From: Mobula hypostoma
Lineage: Eukaryota
Assembly (NCBI RefSeq): GCF_963921235.1
Contig: NC_086097.1
Span: 213,964,001 to 214,028,000, forward strand
DNA: 64,000 bases
Reading direction: 5' to 3'
A program made the position numbers and the translations under genes. How positions within the stretch are numbered: position 1 is the stretch's first letter; every line of letters begins with the position of its first letter. Positions 39,551 to 51,971 of this stretch are shown piece after piece. Below the pieces are notes generated by a model, which was not told the origin of the DNA, made no database searches, and worked only from the letters and a program-made list of their open reading frames with translations.

Positions 39551-40069
39551 AGCGGTCCTCTAGTGACAGTTAGCATTGGTCCAAAGTTTGTCATCACAAT
39601 GATACGGAGAAAACCCATTGTATTAATTCTATTGCATCTGACTATTTAAAAACTTTTGTGTAGGAAATCTTAAAAATGTCAGAAATATATATATCTGAAA
39701 TCTTTAGTGTTAAATTAAATCCTTATCAATTCAGAACCATTCAGTAAAACATTACAGTTATTATAAAACTATCAAAGGTGTTAGAAACACATCCATCTGC
39801 TATGTGAATGTGTTAACTTCTGCCATCAACTGTTATAAACATCTGTTATAATCTAGTTATTAAACAACACTAATTAGAGCTAATATTACTTCGCCTGACA
39901 ATAGAATTTGAAGTTCTGCAGGGAGGGTGCACTGATGAATATTTTTGGACCTGGAAACCCACAGCGAGTCAATCAATATCTGTGCAGAGAAGTTGTTTAT
40001 GCTTGGGATATGTAAACTTCCTATAATATTTGCAAGGAATGGCTGGTATGAACAGGGAAAGAAGAAAGC

Positions 40070-40964
40070 AGTGAGGAGGATGCTAAGAGGATGCAGGGTG
40101 ACTTGGATAGGTTGGGTGAGTGGGCAAACTCATGGCAGATGCAATTTAATGTGGATAAATGTGAAGTTATCCACTTTGGTGGCAAAAATAGGAAAACAGA
40201 TTATTATCTGAATGGTGGCCGATTAGGAAAAGGGGAGGTGCAACGAGACCTGGGTGTCATTATACACCAGTCATTGAAAGTGGGCATGCAGGTACAGCAG
40301 GCGGTGAAAAAGGCGAACGGTATGCTGGCATTTATAGCGAGAGGATTCGAGTACAGGAGCAGGGAGGTACTACTGCAGTTGTACAAGGCCTTGGTGAGAC
40401 CACACCTGGAGTATTGTGTGCAGTTTTGGTCCCCTAATCTGAGGAAAGACATCTTTGCCATAGAGGGAGTACAAAGAAGGTTCACCAGATTGATTCCTGG
40501 GATGGCAGGTCTTTCATATGAAGAAAGACTGGATGAACTGGGCTTGTACTCGTTGGAATTTAGAAGATTGAGGGGGGATCTGATTGAAACGTATAAGATC
40601 CTAAAGGGATTGGACAGGCTAGATGCGGGAAGATTGTTCCCGATGTTGGGGAGGTCTAGAACGAGGGGTCACAGTTTGAGGATAGAGGGGAAGCCTTTTA
40701 GGACCGAGGTTAGGAAAAACTTCTTCACACAGAGAGTGGTGAATCTGTGGAATTCTCTGCCACAGCAAACTGTTGAGGCCAGTTCATTAGCTATGTTTAA
40801 AAGGAAGTTAGATATGGCCCTTGTGGCTACAGGGGTCAGGGGGTATGGAGGGAAGGCTGGGTTCTGAGTTGGATGATCAGCCATGATCATAATAAATGGC
40901 GGTGCAGGCTCGAAGGGCCGAATGGCCTACTCCTGCACCTATTTTCTATGTTTCTATGTTTCTA
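40070..40964 (+). mobile_element. Young CR1-type LINE 3' fragment with uninterrupted ORF2 C-terminus
   Basis: 258-aa ORF 40091-40867 (WQMQFNVDKC, LVRPHLEYCVQFWSP, NFFTQRVVNLWNSLP), 3'UTR hairpin, (TTTCTATG)n tail. Confidence 0.93.
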
Positions 40965-41802
40965 AAATAAGAAGTTTTTGAACAGGATTATAAAGCAAAA
41001 GGAGCAGGAAACTAACATAGTCCACAGTTATTAGAACAAATAATAGAACACATATTATAGCTGAAAAATAGAGTTTTAATAAAATGGAGGAATTCAATGA
41101 AGAAAAGAATCATGAAATTATATTACTACGTTTTGCTACAGAATGCAAACAGAGCTTGACAGAAAAGCCATACGGGATGTAGAATAAGCAGATTATTTTA
41201 GAGATTGTATAACTCGTATATCGTATTAACAATCTAAATTTCTACATTCTTCTATTCACTGGCTTTAATAACAATTACATGCTGGTATCAATTGAATACT
41301 AATTTATACTCACTTTTACTTTGCTGCCCATATCAGGAGAGAAAGTATGCTTCAAGTTTATTTGACCAAGCCAGTTTTTAATATACAAAATAGGAGCAGG
41401 AGTGTGCTGTCTTCTCCATTTTGTAAAGAACCTGACTGAAGTTTTAGTTTTTCCATCACTATCATCATACATCGATTCCCTAAATGCCAAAAATCGAATG
41501 ACTCCATTTTGAATGAGGGCCAGTGAACCTCCACATCCCACTGGGGCAGGGCAGAGAATTCCAAATGTGGGTTACCCCCTGAGTGAGGAAAGTTCTTCGC
41601 TTCGCTGTCTTGAATGGCCTGCTCCATGATCCTGGACTCCTCAGTCCGGGAAAATATTCTTCCTATGTCAACCAGGCAAGCCCGTCAAAAGTGTTACATT
41701 TCATTTAGATCTCCTGATATTTTTCTAAAGTTTACTGGAAAGAGCACCAGTTGATTCAACTTCTCTTATAGCAAACCCATAACATTTGAAACCGGTCATG
41801 TC

Positions 41803-42070
41803 AGAACAGAAATGCGAAGAAATTTTTTTAGTCAGAGGGTGGTGAATCTATGGAATTTGTTGCCACGGGCAGCAGTGGAGGCCAAGTCATTGGGTGTATT
41901 TAAGGCAGAGATTGATAGGTATCTGAGTAGCCAGGGCATCAAAGGTTATGGTGAGAAGGCGGGGGAGTGGGAATAAATGGGAGAATGGATCAGCTCATGA
42001 TAAAATGGCAGAGCAGACTTGATGGGCCGAATGGCCGACTTCTGCTCCTTTGTCTTATGGTCTTATGGTC
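41803..42070 (+). mobile_element. CR1-type LINE 3' fragment inserted in an older minus-strand CR1
   Basis: NFFSQRVVNLWNLLP through to a (cttatggt)n tail. Confidence 0.8.
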
Positions 42071-42609
42071 AGTCCAGTAAACTGAGGGGGTTTTGATTTA
42101 CTTTTCAATTGGTTCAGCACAACACTGTGGGCCGAAGGACCATTCCTGTTCTATGTTCTTGACTGTATTCTTTCTATGGCAAGTAGTAAGGTGACCATAA
42201 ATATACACAATATGCTAGGCCCTATAGAACTGCAATAGGAATTCCTTACTCCTGTAATCCGACCCTATCATAACAACATACCGTTTGCTCTCCAGTTCAT
42301 TAACTGTACTTCTATTATGGCCTTCAAGCATATCTTCGAACATTAACACTACCCAATTTCTCATCATTTAACAAAGAACTCTGCTTTGCTGTCATATGTT
42401 GTAAAGTGGATGACTTCACTTTTTTTGTAAGTTCTTCCTCATAATATCCAATGTGTGAATAGGTAACAGTAGTCACTGGGTTCAGTTTATTGAGTGTAAG
42501 AAGTTAAATGCAAGCCTGAGGCAATAAAGGTTCACAAAGGGACTGATGAGGGCTGTTGTGCAACTGGGACCCTTGGGAAGTGGTTTAACAAAAACCTAAG
42601 GTAATCTTC

Positions 42610-43038
42610 CTGTAGATTTGGGCCCCCTATCTAAGAAAGGATGTGCTGCCACTGGAGAGGGTACAGTGGAAGTTCTCAACAATGATCCTGAGAAATAAAG
42701 GGCAAACTTATGAACAGCATTTGACAGCTCTTAGCCTGTACTAACTAGATTTTAGAAGAATGAGGGGGAACCTCATTGAAATCTGTTGAAAGGCTTAGAT
42801 AGAGTGGACATGGAGAGGACGTTTCCCATAGTGGGGGAGTCTTGGACCAGAGAGCGCAACCTCAGAATATAAGGATGTCCCTTTAGAACAGATGAGGAGG
42901 AATTTCTTCAGCCAGAAGGTGGTGAGTTTGTGGGATTCATTGCCACTGATGGCTGCTGAGGCCAAGTCATTGGGTATATTTAAAGCGGAGGTTGATAGGT
43001 TCTTGATCAGTAAGAGTCAAAGCTTATGATGAGAAGGT
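42610..43038 (+). mobile_element. CR1-type LINE fragment
   Basis: PYLRKDVLPLERVQ and FRRMRGNLIE remnants. Confidence 0.75.
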
Positions 43039-43811
43039 CTCCATCAATAAGCCCAGTGAAGATCAACAAAAGCTTGAGGAACAGTTCCCCCACATTACAG
43101 CCTTTTGAGCTCAACCTTTTGCCTCCAACATCAATTCCAGTTTACCAGCAGCACATTTACAGTCTATGTGGAAGAATGTGATACATTTCTCCCCTTCCCT
43201 GATCCATAAAATGTCATAAAGTTAATTAATAACTGGACTGCATGTCAAAGGTTTCAAACTATTCCTATTTACATTCATATTTCCAACCTTAACAGTATTC
43301 GTTTTGGCATTTTAGATAATGAATCTATTTGATCCATTTATCTTTCAACAGCTCTGATAATGTAAATGGTAGTGCTGCTTTGCTTTATTTCAGATTCTTA
43401 ATAGAGGCAGTACAGGTAGCAGAGTGTGGATGCTAGATTAGCTCTATTATCCAGGAAGAAAATAGTAGTATTCACATAGACCTCAAAGTCTCAAAATGCT
43501 TTAAAGGTAATCAAGCTTTTCTTCTGGACAGTTCCTGTGGTTAAGTGGCAGCCAAATTATGTTCAGTAAAATTTCACAAATGTAACTTAATAATGGTGAT
43601 GTTCCTTTAATGGATTTGTTCAAAAGATAAATATTGATTGGGAACATAAACTAATGTTTTGAAGTAAGATCTGCGAAGCGAAAAGGCTACTGGTTTAATA
43701 ATATTACTCTCAATAATGTTCTGCAAAGTTACCTTATATTTAATGGTCAAGACGTTTAAAGTACTTAAGCGGGAGATTATTATGTTCACTTCTGGGCCAC
43801 ACAATCTAGTT

Positions 43812-43888
43812 CAGGGGTTCCCAACCTTTTTTATGCCATAGACTAATACCATTAAGCAAAGGGTTTGACCCCAGGTTGGGAACCCCTG
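43812..43888. mobile_element. hAT (Charlie-like) MITE
   Basis: Perfect 16-bp TIRs CAGGGGTTCCCAACCT. Flanks atctagtt and ctctagat resemble the nTCTAGAn target. Confidence 0.85.
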
Positions 43889-44134
43889 CTCTAGATGCAT
43901 GTCAAAATCTTAGAGGCTGGAGACAAGACTTATTAGACTGGTGAATCTGGGCTGTTCTCCTTGGAGTCAAGAAGGCTGAAGGAAACTTGATGAATAAGAT
44001 AATGATGGGTTTAAATAAAGCAAATAGACAGAAGCTCCAGTTCCCATTAGCAAAACATCAAGAATGTGAGGAGACAGATTTGAAATAATGAGCAAAAGAT
44101 AGATGATATGTAGAAAAGATCATAACAAGAGATT

Positions 44135-44274
44135 ATAAACGCAAGAAATTCTGCAGATGCTGGAAATCTAAAGCAACACACACAAAATGGTGGAGGAACT
44201 TAGCAGGCCAGATAACATTTATGGAAATGAACAAACAGTTAACGTTTCAGGCCGAGACTCTTCTTCAGGACTTG
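44135..44274 (-). mobile_element. 140-bp PLE 3'-end insertion carrying a hammerhead motif
   Basis: 9-bp TSD caagagatt (44126-44134, 44275-44283). Minus strand reads agtc-CTGAAGA-agagtctcggcct-GAAA-cgtt-aact. Confidence 0.8.
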
Positions 44275-44306
44275 CAAGAGATTGCTATGATCAGGAAATT
44301 TGAGCC

Positions 44307-44595
44307 TGTGATGGCAGGGCAGCATGAGAGTGTGGAGGTTAGCACAGCACTTTACAGTACAGGCCGTAAGATCAGGAGTCAATTCCCACACAGAGAGTTT
44401 GTACATTCTCTCTGTGACTACATGTGTTTCCTCCCAGTTCTCACATTCCAGATATGATGAATAAGTTGTGAGCAGGCAATGCTGGCACAGAAAGCATGGC
44501 AATACTTGTGGGCCACCCAGCGCAATCCTTGATAATTTTATTTGATGCAAAGTGATGCATTTTAACGTATGGTTTGATGTATATGTGACAAATGG
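44307..44595 (+). mobile_element. tRNA-derived SINE (V-SINE-like), decayed
   Basis: B-box-like ggagtcaattcc, and a core resembling the 54440 copy. Confidence 0.5.
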
Positions 44596-45289
44596 GTGAT
44601 TGTCTTGGATTTCTCTTGCGATTGGAAGACTCTATTGAACAGTGATTATGTAAGATGCCGCAGGCCTGTTACCCTTGTTTGGTGGTGTTACAGACGGTGG
44701 GGAAGCTGAATGGCCTGAAAGGACTATGTCTCAAGCCATGGGCTTGCCTGCTGTTGCCGTCCAGGAGAGGAGATGCCGGAGGCCGTGTAGCATGGCATCC
44801 GTGCTCAGTTGGGGGCAGACCTCTTCTGCTAGTGCTGCCCTCCAGTGTTCAATTTGTGGAATGACAGGCTGGATTGCAGAGGCTATGCACTGCCAAAAAC
44901 TGCACTATCAATGTGCGGGACATGTCACTCAGGGACTTGGGCTATATATACATATTTTCTTGCATGACTTTTTTTTTTGCTTGCTATTTTGATTCATGTG
45001 ATATGTATGCTTTGCACCTTGGCCCCAGAGGAACATTGTATTTGTGTATGGTTGAATGATAATTAAACTCGATTTTTTATTTGATTTGAAATAAAGATTT
45101 AAAAAATGAAGAAACAGCCAATCAGAAGAAAAATTAATTGGCAATTGGCATAGGGATCAGAGGGGGGTGGTGTGGTAGGTGAAGTCTGACAGATCTGGGT
45201 AGTAATCAGCAGAAACACCATGGGTGAACCAGTTTCTGTGGCTTATTTAGATTTTAATAAAATTAATAATCTTTTGTGACACCTTATCC

Positions 45290-46230
45290 AAGAAGGTTGG
45301 GGGTTCTGTGCAGAACATACTAGTGCACTTTGAAAATTAGTTTCTGGACAGAAAACAGAGGGTAAAATAAACAAATTACTTTTGGCTTGGGAGACTGGGT
45401 CTAATGATATATGCAGGAACTGGTGGTGTGCCTGAGCTGTTCATATTTATATCAGTGACTTCGATAAGGGGATCAAGTATAATATTTCCAAATTTACTGG
45501 TGATATAAAACTGGGTGACACTTGGGTTGCGAGGAGAATGCAGATAGTCTTCGGGGAGCTATTGGCAGTGTAAGAGAGTGGATAAGGACATGCTCCATGG
45601 AATATAAAGTGGTAAAATATGAAGGATAAACTGACACCAGAAGCACTGAAAATACAATACAGGTACAATGAACAATAATTGGTATGTCAGCCTTTATTAC
45701 AAGAATAAAGATGCCATGCTCTATTTATATAGGGTATCTGTATGATTAGATGTAGCTATATAGAGGCTGCAACTATATAGTTATCTCTCTACCTAAGGGC
45801 CCATAAACACAACAGTCAAGTGCAGCAAATGGTCACCACATTCTTGGAATGGAGTTCTTGAAAGGGGAGAAATTAAACCAAGTAGGCCTATACAGTCTTA
45901 GAAGACTGAAAGGTGACCTTATTGAAACATATAAATTCTTACAGGACTTGAGGGGGTAAATGTTTAAAAGAGCAGCCATTCAGACAAGAGGTGAAAAGAA
46001 ATGTCTTCACTTGGAAGTGAGCGAACATTTGAACTTCTCTACCAAAGAGGCTGAGTCACTAAGCATGCTTTAAGACAGAAATTGTTAAATTTCTAATGAT
46101 GAACGGAATCAGTGAAATGTGTTTGTGTAAGTTAGTGTCATGAGACCAAATAACAGCAGAGATCTTATTGCATGGCAAAGGGACCATATTGTCTAATCTT
46201 GCTTCTATTTCATATACTCTTGTGTATATA
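45290..46230 (+). mobile_element. Old CR1-type LINE ORF2 fragment
   Basis: NISKFTGDIKLG and RRLKGDLIETYKFL remnants. Confidence 0.65.
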
Positions 46231-47748
46231 AGTTGTTGGTCCCCAATGAATGGGACTAATCAGATAAGGGGTCAAAGTGGCACCAATGGGTTGAAGGGCT
46301 TCCTTCTGTCCCAAAATGATCCTACGATTCTCTGGATTGAGTTTTAAACCCATTGACTAATGACTCAGTCACTGACCAAAATGAATGTTGATTTTAATCT
46401 TATAAACTATCTGGATATGGGACATTAACAAGCAATAAACTAAAATTGTTGGAAATCTGAAATATAGACATTTATTGAACTCTGATGATAAGTCAGTGAC
46501 CCGAGACATTAATTCTGTTTCTATCCCTGCAAATGTTGCCTGATCCACCAAGTATTTCCAGTTTTTCCTGTTTCCATTTTAGGTTTGGAGGACTGGTGCC
46601 AGAAGATTGTAGGGTAAAAAAGACTGACCACGTTAAAAAAAAATCAGGAACAATTTAAAAAAAAGATTATTGATATTGCAAGATAGTAAGTTTAGCTTTG
46701 AAAGGTGAGATTGACTAAAAATCTATCATGGGGTAGAAAAAGCAAACACACAGGAAACTATAAGGAAAGTTGGGACAGCAATCTGAAAAGTGAGTTAAAA
46801 AGGTACAGTACTAAGGACAGAAGAGACAACACCAGATTTGATTTCAGACAGTCAGTTGAAGATATCATACAAATAGGCCATTCTTACAAGATGCTGATAA
46901 TCTTGGAAACTTTTACTTTCTCCTTGAAGTTTAATTCATCATCTGTGAGATGAAGGATTTTCAGCAACTACCATCAGATCTCCATCGATAATCTCAGTGT
47001 AATTTTGCACCATCGATGTTGCCAGAATTTTCCCCATAAATGCAAATGCAGACAGTATTTGGTTTTGTTGTTTGCCTTAACTGAACATGAAGGAAAACTT
47101 CATTTCAATTATTACAAGATGTTGAATCTCAAACCAAAGGCATGTGAGAGCATGTAACTGATTTTTGCAAGTCATTGACACCATCTTAATTTCTCATTAC
47201 CCCTGGATGAATTGCAGCTAATCCACTTCCCAATGTTCATTCTTAAATCTTCCTTTTACAATGGTACTTCCTCAGATGTCTCACTCTACATACCTCTCCT
47301 GTACAGGCAGTGTCTGCCTTCTGAAACATACACGTCCTTCTTCACAGCTGGAAAACAAATCACAGACCAGATCTCACAGCACACCACTCCACCACATGGT
47401 TGTCTGCTGTTCAGTGCCTCCTCCAGTTATCATAATCTGATTTAAGAGGGTGGGCAAATCCACATAAATCAAAACAAGTCCTAGGAAACACAGGTTCCTG
47501 TAGTACTAGAGCTCCATATTGTAAGAGGTTAAACTGGAGGACCCTGGACGTTAAATGTGGTAAAGAAGCAGTCTTTATTCTTTTCATTGCTCTTTGAAGA
47601 TTGAGAGCAAATAAAAGCAAAAATTAAATCAGAATTAAAGAGGGAGTATTCCCTTCCAGCAGCTCTGATTTTACAGACTAGTCAATGTGGCAGATTTTCT
47701 GTGGTTTTAAGTTACTAATCAGTTGATTCTGTGCTCTGATCTCTGCAG

Positions 47749-47859
47749 GACAGCTTCCCCGCACGCTTTGGAGGCATCCATTTTGTGAACCAGCCTTGGT
47801 ACATCCATGCTTTATTTACGATAATAAAGCCATTCTTGAAAGACAAGACCAGAAAAAGG
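47749..47859 (+). CDS. CLVS1: Clavesin coding exon 3 (111 nt; not in the ORF track)
   Basis: Branch-point-like TACTAAT near 47713 and acceptor ctctgcAG. Translates [37 protein letters not shown]. Donor AGG|GTAATT. Phase 0 at both ends. Confidence 0.93.
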
Positions 47860-48932
47860 GTAATTAAAATTTCAGACAGATGGGAAACATGATTCAGCAT
47901 GGCAATTAACAATTAGTTTGCAAGCGTGGTTCAGAATAATAAACCTCTCCTCTGCCTGGTTGAATGGGGGAGAAAGACAAGGTTACAGGGGAGAGAGGAA
48001 TCGGTTAGTCTGCATGTGTCTGTGAGTGTAAGTGATTCATTGAATCAGACACTGTTCTGATCTGTGCTCATCCTGTGTTGAAATCCAAGGTGGGGTATGG
48101 GAAGAGTCCATTTTAATCTTCTGAAAGATGAATTCAATTTTGAATTGACTTGGTATTAACTAACATGAATCAACAGAACAAACGTGAATTAGTTTTGAAC
48201 ATTTGGGAAAAGACAGATGTTTGCAGAAAACTTTGCAGGAGCATTTTATTTTTAATGCCCCTCTCTTCATTTCCCTCTTTACAAATCAGCCCACAACTAG
48301 TTAACAACTGAGAAGCAGCCAGCAGGCCATTACTAAAACCTGCAGCAATGCTGCCGTGCTACTTCGTACTCAGTAACACATTAAAGAACCTTGTGTAAAT
48401 AATCATCTCCTGGTAGCGTGTGATGTTGGAAGTTCAATCCCATGGGATTTTTGGGCACTATCTAAATCCTCATTACAGCAAAAGTGATTGTCATAACCTC
48501 AGAGACGAACTTAAACTGATATGATATCCAACGCACACCCAGTTTGTGCAGCTGCAACTGGTTAACTGCATATGCAACGTTACAGACAACATGATTGGCA
48601 CTTTTGACATTGCCCATCAGTGGTGTACTCTGGCTGCATTAGATGCTAACCATTATTATTTGAAAAACTGATTGTGTTGCAGTTTTGTCACTAAAACAGC
48701 TCTTGCACAGTTTTCACAAGGATTAATGATTTAGTTAATCTTTTGATTGATTTTAATAATGGTACAGATTAAATTTATTGATATGCTACCTGTTTATAGA
48801 TTCTTTATAGAGCCACCTGGGGAATGATAAACTCCCAGTGTTAACACTTTGTATTTTTAGATACCTTGTCTTAATTTTATAACATTCAGTGTTGTTTGTC
48901 AAATAATCATTTAGTGTGAAACACTGCATTTT

Positions 48933-49608
48933 AGGCTGGGAGACCGTTTCGCCGAACACCTATGCTCTGTCCACCAGAGAAAGCAGGATCTCCCAGTGGC
49001 CACACATTTTAATTCCACGTCCCATTCCCATTCTGATATGTCCATCCACGGCCTCCCCTACTGTCAAGATGAAGCCACACTCAGGTTGGAGGAACAACAC
49101 CTTATATTCCATCTGGGTAGCCTCCAACCTGAGGGCATGAACATTGACTTCTCTAACTTCTGATAATACCCCACCTCCCCTTCATACCCTATCCCTTATC
49201 TATCTATCTATCTAGCTATTTATTTATTTAATTCCGCCCCCCCCCCCTTTTTCTCCCTCTGTCCCTCTCACTATAACTCCTTGCCCATCCTCTGGGGTTC
49301 CCCCCTCCCCCTTTCTTTCTCCCATGATCCTCTCCCTTCTCTAGCCTCGTATCCCTTTTGCCAATCAACTTTCCAGCTCTTAGCTCCATCCCTCCCCCTC
49401 CTGACTTCTATCATTTGGGATCTCCCCCTCCCCCTCCCACTTTCAAATCTCTTACTATCTCTTCTTTCAGTTAGTCCTGACGAAGGGTCTCAGCCCGAAA
49501 TGTCGACTGTACCTCTTCCTATAGATGCTGCCTGGCCTGCTGCGTTCACCTGAATTTTTTGTGTGTGTTGCTTGAATTTCCAGCATCTGCAAATTTCCTT
49601 GTGTTTGC
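48933..49608 (+). mobile_element. Penelope-like element 3' fragment
   Basis: High identity to the reverse complement of 51975-52600. Hammerhead motif at 49473-49508. Confidence 0.9.
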
Positions 49609-49824
49609 ATTTCATCAATCTGCTTCAGTACACTTTCATTGCTGGCAAGGACAACGATATCATCAATACTTAGTTTTCCTGGGAAGAACGTGGAGGACCT
49701 TCACTTTGAACCACTCTTGTACTTGTGACAATGGTACTCCCATGAATATAATTTCAGAATATTAGCTCAGTGATACTGTCCAAGTTCACATACTGGCTTG
49801 TGGGTATTGATGGAAGCAATGATT

Positions 49825-50600
49825 AGAACATAGAACATTACAGCACTCTGCAGGCTCTTCAGTGTTGTGCCACCCCTTTAACTTCCTCTAAACTCTAATT
49901 AATGCTTCTCTCTCTCATAGGCCTCCATCGTTCTTCCATCCACGTGCTTATCTAAGATCTTCTTTAATCTCCCTAATGTATCCACCTCTACCACCACTCC
50001 CAGCAGGGCGTTCCACATGACCACGACTCTCTATGTTTTTAAAAAAAAAAGTGCCCCTGTATTTTTCTCCAATCACCTTAAAATTATGCCCTCTCATAGT
50101 AGCCATTTCTGTCATGGGGAAAAGGCGCTGGGTATCCACTCTACCTATGCCTCTTATCATTTTATTCACCATCAAGTCACCTCGCTTCCTCCAAAGAGTA
50201 AAGCCCTAGCTCGCTCATTCTCTCCTCATGAGACATGTTCTTTAATCCAGGAAACTTCTTGGCAAATCCCTTTACACATCCTATCTATGAGGTGACCTGA
50301 AGTGAACACAGTACTCCAAGTGTGGTCTAACCAGAGCTTTATAGAGCTGCAACATTACCTTGCAGTCTGGAACTCAATATTTCAACTAATGAAGACCAAC
50401 ACACCACACATCTTCTTAACCACCCCATTAACTTGTGTGAAAACTTTGAGGATCTATGGATATGGAACCCAGAATCTCACTATCCCTTCATACTGCTAAG
50501 AATCCTGCAATTAACCTCGTACTCTGCCTTCAAGTTTGACCTCCCTAACTGTATCACTGCACACTTTTGGTATTGAACTCCATCTGCCACTTCTCAGCTA
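49825..50600 (-). mobile_element. CR1-type LINE 3' fragment
   Basis: Minus-strand LVRPHLEYCVHF and RGHNFKVIG remnants; tail (tgttcta)n on the minus strand. Confidence 0.8.
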
Positions 50601-51971
50601 CAGCAATCAGGTGTTTGGTGGATATCCATCGTGTTTCAGCTTTAATCTTGCCAAGCAAGGAGGTGAGCCCCCGATCTCTGACCATCCAGCCTTTGGTCTG
50701 GTCTTGTAGCCACAAGACATGTTAACATGACATGCATTACCAAGGGTTTTGACAATAGTAACTTGTAAAATTTTAATGGTAGGAGCTGCAGTATTGGTCT
50801 TGCTGTTGAAGGTTAGAAATTGAAGCCTGAGCATTTTCTTGCTTGAGTTGACCATTATCTGGCATTTTTTTGAAACCTGACTGATAGCTATCATTTTCCA
50901 GCCAAAGTCCAAGTCTTCCTGTAAGTTCAATGTTGAAAACAGTCAGAAGGGATCTGGACACTTATTCACTGACCAAGTCCAATACCTGCATGAAAATAAA
51001 CAAAGATCTTTGACAAAGCAGCCCGAAGAATCTTGCTTGACAATCTGCTTCAGTGATTTCTCACTGTTTCTTTCTGTACCGTTTGGAGAAATATTCCCTG
51101 AACACTCTACATGAATCTGGTCTCTTACTGTGAGTTCTCCTCTGCATCCTCTTCCCGCCTTCCTCTGGTAATTTGCCCTGCTCCATTTGGCTGCTGCCAA
51201 TTCCCCCATTCATATCCACTACCATGAGCATGTCTGAGCACACTTGATTTCTCTTTGAAATTAAGTGAAGACAGTCCTCTTAAGCTTCTGACATGGCACT
51301 TCCTGACATAGAACAGTACACGAGAGTACCAGATCCTTGCAGAATCATTTCCATAGCAAGATAAATCAATCAAAACTAACCTGAAGATACGATAATCTAC
51401 TTAAATTAGGTTCACTGTGGGTGCTTCCTGGCTGCTGAATCCATCCCCAGAAATATCTCATTGGGAGCATTAGGCTGGTGATTGATGTCATACTCTGGCT
51501 GCTTAGCGGTCATGTTAGATTCACCCACACAACAGGCAACAAAGATTAAATTTTGCAGCTATGATAGCTTGGGCATGGACTGTTCTGTTTCAGTACATAG
51601 CATGCTTTTAATGGTTAATGAAACAATTCAAAAGAAGGGGAAATCAAGGTCTGTGGGCTAGATTTAATAATGGATAAGAGTAACAGTAAAACTGATTATC
51701 CGGCAGCCTCAGGGCTCTGTGATGCTGGACCAGCATTTTTCCTGGACAATTGGATGTTACTGTTATTACTCCAAAACACTTTTATTTCACTGTCTTTTTT
51801 TTACATTTTATACTGTGGTAAAATATATTTTAATGTGAACCCGGTGAGTTTAAAGGGAGCATTGGAAATAAAACCCAGTGTGTTTCAGCTTGAAACAGCC
51901 AACTGAGGAGTTGTCGATCTTGGGATAATAAAGATTTAGTGAGCCAGATGCTGAAACATATATATTTTTGA

